NCBI GenBank assembly: GCA_038087875.1
Contig: CM075984.1
Span: 3,100,001-3,164,000 of the forward strand
Direction: 5' to 3'
DNA: 64,000 nucleotides
Source of the DNA: Malacoraja senta
Lineage: Eukaryota
Positions 40,600 to 51,603 of the stretch are shown piece by piece. The notes below the pieces were generated by a model. That model did no database searches, had not been told where the DNA came from, and was given only the letters and a program-made list of their open reading frames with translations. Position 1 is the first letter of the stretch, and the number at the start of each line of letters is the position of its first letter. The position numbers and the translations under genes are program-made.

Positions 40600-41110
40600 T
40601 TTTCTTCAGCTCTTCCTGAAGTCAGAGGCATTTTGAATGACCATGAGGACTACACATGCAGTGGGTACATTCAGCTGCAGCTCCTTATGGACCGCGTTAA
40701 GGAACTGGAGCTGCCGCTGAATGACCTCAAGATTATCCGGAGGTGTGACAGTGTCACAGTTACAAATTAGATGGGTGACCACAAGAAAAGGTAGTGGGCA
40801 GAAAATGCAAGAATCCCCCACCACCATTCCTGCCAACAACAGGTAAACTCCTTTGGATATCGTTGTGGTGGAGGATCCGCCATGGGAGAGGAGCAACAAC
40901 ATCGGTGGTCAGTAGTGTCAGGCCTGGCTCTGAGGCACAGCGGGGAAGAGAAAAGTCAGACGCAGCCATAGTGATAGGAGACGCGTTAGTTAGACAAACA
41001 GGAGATTCTGTGGCAGCAAACACGACCTCAGGATGGCGTGTTGCCTCCCTGGTGCCAGGTCCAGATGTCTTTGACCGGTTACAAAACTTTCTCAAGGGGG
41101 TGGGCGAGCA
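40600..41110 (+). mobile_element. CR1 ORF1 relic
   Basis: AIVIGDALVR and SLVPG similarity to the ORF1 at 11300-12360. Confidence 0.6.
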
Positions 41111-41549
41111 GCACATTTGCCACTCTCCAATCCACAGTAGCAATTCCAATCTTAGGAATTTTGGAAGAAGATATCTAATGAGTCAGCATCTCCACAGCCA
41201 TCTTTTTCAAAATGGTGATATATACAAAAGTTTGAAAGCTAACATATAGCTTCTAAATTGTTATGTTTCATAAAAGGTTTGTTACTATTTGCAGCAGACT
41301 AATAAAATACAATCTTCAAGATAAAGATAAAATACAGACCTCAAATCATAATCATATTTTTCACTAAGTAAGAGTAATTGAGCTCAACATAATGGACCTC
41401 AACTGAACCTAAATGTATAGCCTTTTATCAGAATCTTTGATTCAATGAGTATTGCCTTGAAACGTAGAACTTTAACATGTATTAACATTGCAGAGTTTAA
41501 TATTTGTCTTTGTTTCTTCTGGTTTCCTTCTCTCTGCATCCCAAACAAG

Positions 41550-41599
41550 AGGTGAATATTGATGTTGCTTATAACAATGATGGGACATATAGAATTCAG
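41550..41599 (+). CDS. MCCC1: MCCC1 coding exon (~exon 15)
   Basis: acaag|AG...CAG|gtgagc; 50 nt keeps the frame; VNIDVAYNNDGTYRIQ. Confidence 0.88.
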
Positions 41600-41854
41600 G
41601 TGAGCGTGCAAATTAGATTTGTTTTTATTGTTATTTTAGGCACAGACTTTTCTGTCTTTAATACAGATGTAATTATTTTTCATGTGTATAGATGGACAGT
41701 GAGCATTGGCGGAATGTTCTGCCCTGTCCTCAGATCTATCTATGGACTTCAAATTAACTCATTTTACAGTGTAAACAAAGTGTGGAACTAGGATCTTCCT
41801 GCTTTGTAATATGATACCACAGCACATTCTGTTTTTACACAGTGGGACAACTTA

Positions 41855-42637
41855 TGGGCCTGTGCCACGTAGGCGACTGCAGGAGACTATGCAGTTGACA
41901 CATGGTCGCCACATGTTTGCGTGTGGTTGCCGGGGAGTGCCTTCATGGTCGTGAGGAGTTCCCGCATTCTGGGAACTTGTTGCGGCCTCATTATGGTCGC
42001 TGCGAATTTTTCAACATGTTGAAAAATTAGTGGTGACTAGAATAAAGCCGCCATGGAGAGTAGCGAGAATTCTTGTGCCGTAGGTGGGTCGCCAGGAGGT
42101 CCTAGTGGGTTGCCAGGTGGTCGAAGGTACTCGGAGGTTCTCATAGGTTGTAGCCGGTACTGACCAGTGAATTTCATTGGTTCATTGGGAAAAAAAACGT
42201 GAGCAGTAGTTTTCAGAACCAAGGATAACCGACCGGTAATGTTAAATGTCCGCCGAGCTTCACAGCTGTGTATCTCTGGCTTCTTAAAAGTTGTCTCCAC
42301 TCCTTCTCACTCCTTCTCCCCTCTTCTCCCCCCTCTTTTAAAGGACTTACCATACACTGTGCTTTGGCTGTCTTAATTACAGCGCCAACCTTCCTGTTCA
42401 TCGTGGTGTGTGTCTGTATCACCTTAGCTTTACACCATGTGAATTTCACTCACATAGCGCTCCCTCGCTGGCCCTGTCCCCTGCCTGCATAACGGGCTGG
42501 TGAAAGAAGTGATGTGTGTGTGGGTGTGTGTTCCATTCTGACAGTCGCCGTTCCAGTTGCCGGTTTTTCAGGCGACCGCCGGCAACTTGACAGTCGCCGG
42601 CATTCGCCTGAAAAATCGCCTAAGTGGGACAGGCCCA
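41855..42637 (-). mobile_element. Harbinger-like MITE, family B
   Basis: TTA TSD; TIR WGGGCCTGTCCCACTTAGGCGA; strand is relative to the copy at 47045. Confidence 0.8.
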
Positions 42638-42804
42638 TTAAGCAGCTTCTTGAAATGTTGTACCTGCAACTTCTTGTAGTATGATTATTTGAAGAATTGA
42701 TTGGGTTTTGTTGTTGTTTACTTCTTTATATATTGATTATTATTTTCTTGTAGAATTGATGTCATATCAGGAACTAAAATCAATTGTTATTTATACATAT
42801 CAGA

Positions 42805-43300
42805 AAAAAACGTAAGATAGACACAAACGGCTGGAGTAACTCAGCGAGACAGGCAGCATCTCTGGAGAGAACGAATGGGTGACATTTTGGGTTGAGACCC
42901 TTCTACAGACTGAGTCAGGGGAAAGTGAAACGAGAGATGTAGACGGTGATATAGAGAGATATAGAACAAATGAATGAAAGATATGCAATAAAGTAATGAA
43001 GATAAAGGAAACAGGCCATTGTTGGCTGTTTGCTAGGTGAGAACGAGAAGCTGATGCGACTGGGGTGGGGGAGGGATGGAGAGAGAGGGAATGCAGGTAA
43101 TTGAAGTTAGAGAAATCAAAATTCAGACCACTGGGTTGAAAGTTGCCGAAGCAAAATATGAGATGCTGTTCCTCCAATTTGCATTTAGCCCCACTCTGAC
43201 AATGGAGGAGGCTTAGGACAGAAAGGTCAATGTTGGAATGAGAATGGGAATTAACGTGTTTAGCAACCGGGAGATCAGGTAGGTCCAGGCAGACTGAACC
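42805..43300 (-). mobile_element. PLE 3' fragment
   Basis: EEQHLIF motif plus pLTR; similar to 8830-9280. Confidence 0.78.
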
Positions 43301-43868
43301 ACTGAACGTCTGAAAATCCGTAGGTTGTTTTTCGCTCTCCAGATGCTTTTAAATGTAAAGTTAATAATTTAAAAATTGCAGTAGATTCTGGGGTTGGTAT
43401 CTAATTAGAGATCTCTGAGGAAAGGTTGATTATACCACCTGTAAGCAACATAAATATCCTGTTTTTATTCACTATATTTGACATGCATATACTTTGCTTT
43501 CAGAATCAGAAATTGATCAGTACATGAAACAAAAGAGAATATTTTTATATTTTAATTTATGATTTTAAATGGATAGGGAAATATTGATAAATAATGAAAT
43601 ATTGAGGTCTAGCAGCAGTCGTGTAGTCAAATATCATGAAGCAAACATTTTTACGGCTTTATCTCTTGACTCTTTCCTGCATGCTCCTGACTGGTGAATG
43701 ACTGATTTGAGTGGCTATTGTCTATCCTTTCACCATCAAAATGTGAGAATGAATGCGTTTTATGGATTAATTCTGGATAAAAGTAGAATTGTTATATGGT
43801 TTGTTGTAATAATCTAATTGGGACATAAGTGTTTAGATTTAAATTTAAAACATTTGCTTGTACCTCAG

Positions 43869-44006
43869 ATTGATGGACAGGTTTTCCATGTATCTGGAAA
43901 ACTTACTACAGAGGTAGATATCACATACTTGGAGTCATCCGTAAATGGGATTCTTTCAAAACCTAAAGTGGTGATCATAGACAACACCATTCACCTGTTT
44001 TCAATG
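43869..44006 (+). CDS. MCCC1: MCCC1 coding exon (~exon 16)
   Basis: ctcag|ATT...ATG|gtaaga; 138 nt; IDGQVFHVSGKLTTEVDITYLESSVNG...IHLFSM. Confidence 0.93.
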
Positions 44007-44274
44007 GTAAGAGCCATTTCTCTTGTACATCAATAGTGCTTTATTTGTCACGTATGCAACTACACAGTGACATTCCTTTTGCATATATTACACGTGCGGG
44101 CGCCGTTATTTAGGTTGCCTTTATTCAAAGTTCGGTCGGCCTGTCTGGTCATCTTTGTGTCTCGGGGGCGACTCCTGCAGCCGACCTTGAAGGCGCTGGA
44201 GACCTTACCACCTTTAACCAATATTATTCCATGTTATAAATATAATGATGTAACACATTGGATCTTTATTTTAG

Positions 44275-44382
44275 GAAGGGTCTGTGCAGCTCAGTAGCCC
44301 TGTGCCAAAGTATTTAGTTGGAGTCGACGCCTCTGGAGCTGAGGGAGCAGCCGTTGCACCAATGTCTGGGACTATAGAAAAG
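44275..44382 (+). CDS. MCCC1: MCCC1 coding exon (~exon 17)
   Basis: tttag|GAA...AAG|gtaaca; 108 nt; EGSVQLSSPVPKYLVGVDASGAEGAAVAPMSGTIEK. Confidence 0.94.
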
Positions 44383-45914
44383 GTAACATTTTGATTTGTA
44401 ATGAACAAATTGTTCTCCAGATTACATTTGAGAAAGATCAGATTACTATGCAGTGATTGCTACTTGAAAATACACATGCTATGTGAGAACAGGATTATGA
44501 TCACATGTTATTTTTCGCAGTGAATCAGGAGAAATTCATTTCTAAAATTCTAAGGTTTTAAAAATCCCCATTTAGTGGTGTTATGGGGAAATACTGGCTT
44601 CCATGGACGTAATCCCATTTATATTTGGAACCTCCAGGAAGTGCAAGAACTGATGACATCAAATATCCATAATATAATTTAGTTTAGTTTATTATTGTTG
44701 CGTGTACAGTGAAAATATTTATGTTCCCTTTAACATAGTGAAAATTTACGTAAAGATGTTATAAAGTCACATACAGTGTGGAAACAGGCCCTTCGGCCCA
44801 ACTTGGCCACACCAACCAATATGTCCCATCTACATTAGTCCCACCTGCCTGCATTTGGCACATATCCCTCTAAATCTTCCAAATATAAATCCTATCCATG
44901 TACCTGCCTAAATGTTTCATAAACTGCAATTGTACCAGCTTCAACTCCCTCCTGGGGCAGCTCATTCCATACACCCACCACCTTTTGTAAGAAAAAGTTA
45001 CTCCTCAGGTTTCCTATTAAGTCCCCCCCCCCCCCCCCCCCCCCCCAACAACCCTCGCCTTCATCCTATGGTCTCTAGTTCGATTCCCCTACCCTGAGCA
45101 AGAGACTCGGTGCGTCTACCCAATCTATTCTGGTCTATGTTGATAAAATTAACTTTATTCCAAACTACATAATGAGATATTATGACAGATGTTTAAGACT
45201 TAAGTCAACGTAGTAGGTTTTAAGGAGTATTTTCAAGGAAGGATTAGTTGTTAAGAAGCAGCAAAGCTTTATGGAGTTTACAGCCTTCAGCATCTGAAAG
45301 CACAACTACAATATTCAAATCAGGAATGAGCTGAAGGCCAACAATGGAGGAGCATAGATTCTGTGAAGGATTGAAGACTGCAGAAGGTCCTTGAGATGGA
45401 GAGAGATCAGGTAATAAGTGGATTTCATGAAAGAATAAACATTTTTAATTTGAGGGGTAATAGTTGTATTGAACAAGGCCAGGCAGGATATGGATAGCTA
45501 TGTTTGGAAGAGGTGAAATTTATAGAAAATGGATGCTTGCAGGAGTATATGGCATGGTCAAGTCAAGAAGTAACAAAAGTATTGATGAAGGTTCCAGCAA
45601 CCGCAGACATGGCCAGTGACTGGTGAGGGTCGGGCGAAGCTGATCCTATTAGTGGCATGGATCTGGAATTGGGTATTTATATTGGAGTAAATTAAAGCAC
45701 AGATATTGAAATCACATAGAAAGAAAGGGAAAAACAGTAGGTTAAAAATACATTTGATAGAAGATGCTGAACATTTTAAATTTTGATCAGGATTATGGAT
45801 TGTGTACGAGATCCAGGATTGGTCCACTATTATGTCATTTTAGCAGTCCTAGCCCGCATAGGAAGTGAATGTATAAATTTTAGTTGTGTGAATTTTAGTT
45901 GAGTGAATCCTTCC

Positions 45915-46910
45915 ATTGCTACGCAGACGATACACAACTCTATCTCCCCCTGAAGCCCAAAAAATAATCAAATCCGCTTAACCTTATCCACTGCCTCGAG
46001 GATATAAAGTGTTGGATGGCCCAGAACTTCCTCCAACTAAACGAGAGTAAGTCTGAGGTCATCCTTCTCGGACCCTCGGACTCCATCAAAACAATAGCAG
46101 GCAGCCTTGGAAGCCTTACCCCACTACTCAAACCTCACGTCAAAAACCTTGGCGTGATATTTGATTCAGCATTGAAATTTGACAAACAAGTCAATGCCGC
46201 GGTAAAGGCTAGCTTCTTTCAGCTTCGGATGATAGCTAAAATAAAACAATTCCTCCAGTTTGATGACCTTGAAAAGATCATCCACACATTTTATCTCCTC
46301 CCGCCTCGATTACTGCAACTCCCTTTACACTGGCATCAGCCAATCTTCCCTGTCCCGCCTGCAACTGGTCCAAAACGCCACAGCGAGACTCCTGACGGGC
46401 ACCCGAAAAAGGGACCACATCACCCCGATTCTGGCCTCTCTCCACTGGCTCCCTGTGCAGTTCCGAATAAATTTCAAGATCCTTCTTTATGTATACAAAG
46501 CCCTAACGGGCTTGCCCCCACCTACATCAAAAGTCTGCTTACCCACCACACCACCTCCAGGTCCCTCAGATCAGCCGACTTGGGGTTACTGAACATCCCC
46601 GCGGTCTAGGCATAAGCTCAGGGGCGACCGTGCCTTTGTGGTTGCAGCTCCTAGACTGTGGAACAGCATCCCTCTTCCCATCAGAACTGCCCCCTCCATC
46701 GACTCTAAGTCGAGACTTAAAACTCATCTTTACTCTCAAGCCTTTCTTGACGTCCTCTGAGGGAGGGCCATATGTATGTATTCATCTATGTACTTAATCT
46801 ATGAACCAATGTTGTATAACGTTAGTTCCTCCACCAATGTAAAGCACTGCCCAACGAGAGTTGTTTTTTAAAATGTGCTATAGAAATAAAAGTGACTTGA
46901 CTTGACTTGA
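45915..46910 (+). mobile_element. L2-clade LINE 3' fragment (same family as 6497-7365)
   Basis: YADDTQL, LQLNESKSE, SRLDYCNSL; (GACTT)n tail. Confidence 0.88.
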
Positions 46911-47044
46911 ATTTAAGAAACAAAAGGGGATTGGGAAAATATGGTTAGATGGCTCACACACAGTTTTGACTGGTCTCTACTTGTACCTCTTGTGCAGGAA
47001 CCTGCACCACTTTTTCCACAAATAATTTTGTGATCTTACCTTTA

Positions 47045-47756
47045 AGGGCCTGTCCCACTTAGGCGATTTTTCAGCGGACTGCCGGCGACTGTCAATTCCC
47101 CGGCAGTTGCCTGAAAAACCGGGAACTGGAACAGCGACTGTCAGAGTAGAACACACACACAAACACATAGCAAAAGCGGGGGCCAGGGCAAGCATGGGGA
47201 GCGCTGTCTGAAATTCACATGGTGCAAAGCCAAGGTGATACAGACACACACCGCGATGAACAGGAAGGTTAAGATGGCTAGCACAGTGTACGGTAAGTCC
47301 TTTAAAAGAGAGGGGGGGGGGGTAGGAGGAGTGGAGACACTTTTAATAAGCCAGAGATACACAGCTGTGAAGTTCGGCGGACATTTAACATTACCGGTCG
47401 GTTCTCCTTGGTTCTGAAAACTCGTGCTTACGTTTTTTTTCCCCAATGAGCCAATGAAATTGACAGTTCAGCAAAGGCGATTAACTAAAACTACCTATGA
47501 CTACCTCGACTACCTACAACTGCACCTACGACTACAGGATTATCGATTTTCTCCATGACGACCAATTTTTGGTTGCAGAAAAATTGTCAACATGTTGAAA
47601 AATTTGCGGTGACCATACTGAGGCCGCGACTAGGTCCCAGAATGCGGGAACTCCTCGCGACCATGAAGGAGACTCACCAGAGACCACCAGCGAACATGTG
47701 GCGAGCACAGAGTCTCCTGCACTCGCCTAAAAAGTCGCCTAAGTGGCACAAGCCCA
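47045..47756 (+). mobile_element. Harbinger-like MITE, family B, inverted relative to the copy at 41855
   Basis: TTA TSD; same TIR; body matches the reverse complement of 41855-42637. Confidence 0.8.
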
Positions 47757-47982
47757 TTAGGTATCTCCCTCCCTCAACCCTAACTCTCTTTGTCAATATA
47801 TTTTTCATTGGCACTTGAATAATGCTACAAGACTTTCTATAGGACATGGTCTAAAGAAGAGTCTCGACCCAAAACGTCACTTATTCCTTCTCTAAAGAGA
47901 TGCTGTCTGACCCGCTGAATTACTCCAGATCTTTATGTCTATCTTTGATCTATAAGACCTTGGTTAGGCCACATTTGGAGTA

Positions 47983-48956
47983 CAGTCTACCCTTGTTGGT
48001 ACGACCTATTGCTATTCTTGCTATTGAGGGAGTGCAGCGTTGGTTTACAAGTTTAATTCCCGGGATGGCGGGACTGTCATATGCTGAGAGAATGGAGCGG
48101 CTGGGCTTGTACACTCTGGAGTTTAGAAGGATGAGAGGGCATCTCATTGAAACATATAAGATTGTTAAGGGTTTGGACACGCTCGAGGCAGGAAACATGT
48201 TCCTGATGTTGGGGGAGTCCAGCACCAAGGGCCACAGTTTAAGAATAATGAGTAAGCCATTTAGAACGGAGACGAGGAATCACTTTTTCTCACAGAGAGT
48301 GGTGAGTCTGTGGAATTCTCTGCCTCAGACGGCGGCGGAGGCAGGTTCTCTGGATGCTTTCAAGAGAGAACTAGATAGGGCTCTTAAAAATAGCGGAGTC
48401 AGGGGATATGGGGAGAAGGCAGGAACGGGGTACTGATTGGGAATGATCAGCCATGATCACATTGAATGGCGGTGCTGGCTCGAAGGGCTGAATAGCCTAC
48501 TCCTGCACCTATTGTCTATTGTCTATTGACCTCTTTATAATGGATTTTGGTTATAGCAGACCGAGATGTTAATTTGTGGCAGCAGTTGGCAGGTGAGCGC
48601 AGCGCAGTGGAAAGGTGGCAGCGGGGTGAGCGTTCATACAGCATGTACCACTGCACCTGCGCTGCACTGCGATACATGTCCTTGTCGTCTGGTAATGGCA
48701 CAAGGTGCTGTGCCTCCAGCTGTAGGAGCGGAGCGAGCGAGCAGCATGAAGACAGCATGAGTACCGGCTCTGTGCCTGGCACACCATGTCTGGGGCTGGG
48801 CGCTCAGCGGCTCCCCAGCCTGTGAATTCCCCCTGGACCCCCCCTTCCGCCCCGGTGCTGTGCTTTTTCCACTCAGCCTCGGGTTAAACTAGTTAATATT
48901 TTCGCCCCGTACTCTGTTATAGCGGACAATTGGTCCGCTAGAGCAAGGGTTTACTG
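47983..48956. mobile_element. Tc1/mariner (Tigger-like) MITE inside a CR1 relic, itself containing a young CR1 3' end (~48010-48527)
   Basis: TA|CAGTCTACCCTTG ... CAAGGGTTTACTG|TA splits the CR1 sequence GGAGTA-TTG. Confidence 0.7.
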
Positions 48957-51461
48957 TATTGCGTGCAGTGCTGGTTGCCCTATTACAGGATGTGGAGAGG
49001 GTGCAGAGGAGGTTTACCAGAATGCTGCCTGGATTAGAGGGTTTCAGCTGCAAGTAGAGGTTGTATAAATTAGCATTGTTTTCTCTGGAATGTCAGAGGT
49101 TGAGGGGAGACTTGATAGAAGTAAATACAATTCTAAGATGCATAGAGGTAGATAGCCAGAACCTATTTCCCCAGAGTGCAAATGTCCAAACACTGGAGGG
49201 ATTAGCTATGTGAGAAAAGAAAAGTTGAATGGAGATGTGCGGGACAGTTTTTCTACACGGAAAGTGGTGGGAGTCTGGAAAGCATGGCCAGGGGTGGTGG
49301 TGGATTAAACACAATAGTGGTGTTTAAGAGGCTTTTAGTTAGGCACATGGAAGTGCAAGGAATGCAGGGATATGGATGGATCATGTACAGACAGATGAGA
49401 TTAGGTCAACTTGGCATCATGTTCGGCACATTGTTTGCCAAAGGATCCGTTCCTGTGCTGTACTGTTCTATGTTCAGCAGGTCTGCATACCACCCCACCC
49501 TGCAAAATTCAACCGTTTGAATAATAGTCATGCAAAGATTGTGAAATCTGCAGCATACCTTCCCAGATGGGAATTAGTGGAAAACGTTGAATTTTCCCCT
49601 CCTGATTTTATACTTTCAAATGATCACCTCTGAACAGTCCAGTAGATTTCATGGCCATTTATTTTTGTTTAGTGCTCATTCTTCCCATAAAATGCAACAT
49701 ATCATTGAGGGAACGATATGAGGAAAAAAACTCTGACTATTAACCTTATTTATTTCCCTCATGAGCTTATACACCTCTATAAGATCACTTCTCATTTGAC
49801 ATCTGCTACTCTCAATTTTTCTGTCTCTGCCGCATCAGCTCACAAGATGAGGCTTTTCACTGTTGTACATCAAAGACACCCTCTTTCTTTAGGAAAAGTG
49901 TTTCCCCCCCCCCCCTGTTGTGGATAGATTCCTCACCCGTGTCTCCTCTTTGTCCCATAGTTCTGCTCTCACTCACCCTATGCCCAACTGGAAAAAGGAT
50001 AGAGTTCTCCTGGTCTTCACAGTTTATCCCACCATCAGTTACATCTTCTCTCCCTGCCCCTTTCCACTTTCTGGAGAGACCACTCCCTCTGCCCTGGTTC
50101 AATCATCCCTTCTCACCCAAACCATTCCACTCCCACCTACTTGCCCCTACAACTGCAGGAAATGTAACACTGTCCCTACACCTCCTCTCTCACCTCTATC
50201 CAGGCACCCCAGCAGTCCTTCCAGGCACCTCTTCTAACTTCATCTACTACATTTAGTGCTCTCAACGTAGCTTCCTTTACATCGGTGACACCAAGTGTCG
50301 ACCATGTGACCGTTTCTCCGAACTTGCATTTGGTCTGCCCAGGACCGCCGGATCTCCCTGTTGCTAACCATTTTATCTGCCATCTTTTTCTCAAGTCTTT
50401 TGGAAGGATGCCATCCCTTTCTCCACGTTTTTCTGTTTCTGCCATAAATGCTCTCAAGATGTGATCTTCCAGTCCTGGACATCTCTCATTTTTCATGAAA
50501 AATGGCTTCTCTTCTACTGTGGATGATGGGACCCTGATTCTTAGTTCCTCTATTTATCAGACCTGCTCTCAGCCAACTTTCCTCCAAACAACAGAGATAA
50601 AGATCCCCCAATTCTCACCTTTCACCCCACAGATAGCATCCCCAGTACATCATTAATTGTCACTTCAGCCAGCTGCAACAGAATCCCACCACTAGCCACA
50701 TCTTCTCCCCAGTAGACAAAATTGCTGGAGAAACTCAGCGGGTACAGCAGCATCTATGGAGCCAAGGAAATAGGCAATGTTTCGGGCCGAAACCCTTCTT
50801 CAGACTGATGCAGGGTGGGGGGGGGGGGGGGGGGGGGAGAAGAAAGGAAGAGGAGGAGCCAGAGGGCTGAGGGAGAGCTGAGAAGGGGAGGAGACAGCAA
50901 GGGCTACCGGAAATTGGAGAAGTCAATGTTCAGGCCTCCGGGATGCAGACTTCCCAAGCGGAATATGAGGTGCTGCTCCTCCAGTTTCCGGTGATGCTCA
51001 CTCTGGCCATGGAGGAGGCCCAGGACAGAAAGGTCGGATTCGGAATGAGAGGGGGAGTTGAAGTGCTGAGCCACCGGGAGATCAGGTTAGTTAATGCGGA
51101 CCGAGCGGAGGTGTTCGGAGAAACAATCGGCAAGCCTACGCTTGAACATCTTCTCCCCAGTGCCTTATGCAGAGATCTCACCCTCCGTGACTCCCTGGTC
51201 CGCTCATCCCTCCCCACCCATCCCTCTCCGATCCCTGGTACTTTCCCTTACAGCCACAGGAGGTGCAACTGCTGTCCCTACATCTCCTCCCTTAACGTCA
51301 CCCAGGGGCTTAGATTGCCTTTCCAGGTGAAGCAACAATTCACATGCCCCTCCTGCATATCAGTGAGACCAGCCATAGAGTAGGCGACTGTTTTGCAGTG
51401 CACCTAGCTCTGTTCACAATGGCCATCCCAATCTCCCAGTTGTATGCCATTTTAATTCTCC

Positions 51462-51603
51462 ATGCGGGGTGGGAGATTGCAACCTTCACGTGGTCCGCCC
51501 TGTTTCGACAAATGCAATCAACCTGGCGTGCGCAATCAAGTAAGATCAAATAGAACAAGTTGTCCTACAACTTTAGGCTGTGCATTCCATACTCAAGATG
51601 AAG
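51462..51603 (+). mobile_element. Short ribozyme-headed non-autonomous retroposon inserted in a PLE relic
   Basis: TSD ATTCTCC (51455-51461 and 51604-51610); structured body; degenerate (AAG)n tail. Confidence 0.7.
51466..51519 (+). ncRNA. Minimal HDV-like (CPEB3-type) self-cleaving ribozyme, predicted
   Basis: P1 GGGGTGG/CCGCCCT, P2 GATTGCA/TGCAATC, P3 ACC/GGT, L3 TTCACGT, then GT, a rudimentary P4 (TTCGA) and J4/2 CAAA; nested double-pseudoknot order is intact. Confidence 0.8.

Noticed and set aside
45023-45046. Long C or G homopolymers (also ~50816-50837 and ~57219-57232)
   Set aside because: Simple runs inside repeats whose length is unreliable in assemblies; no functional inference possible
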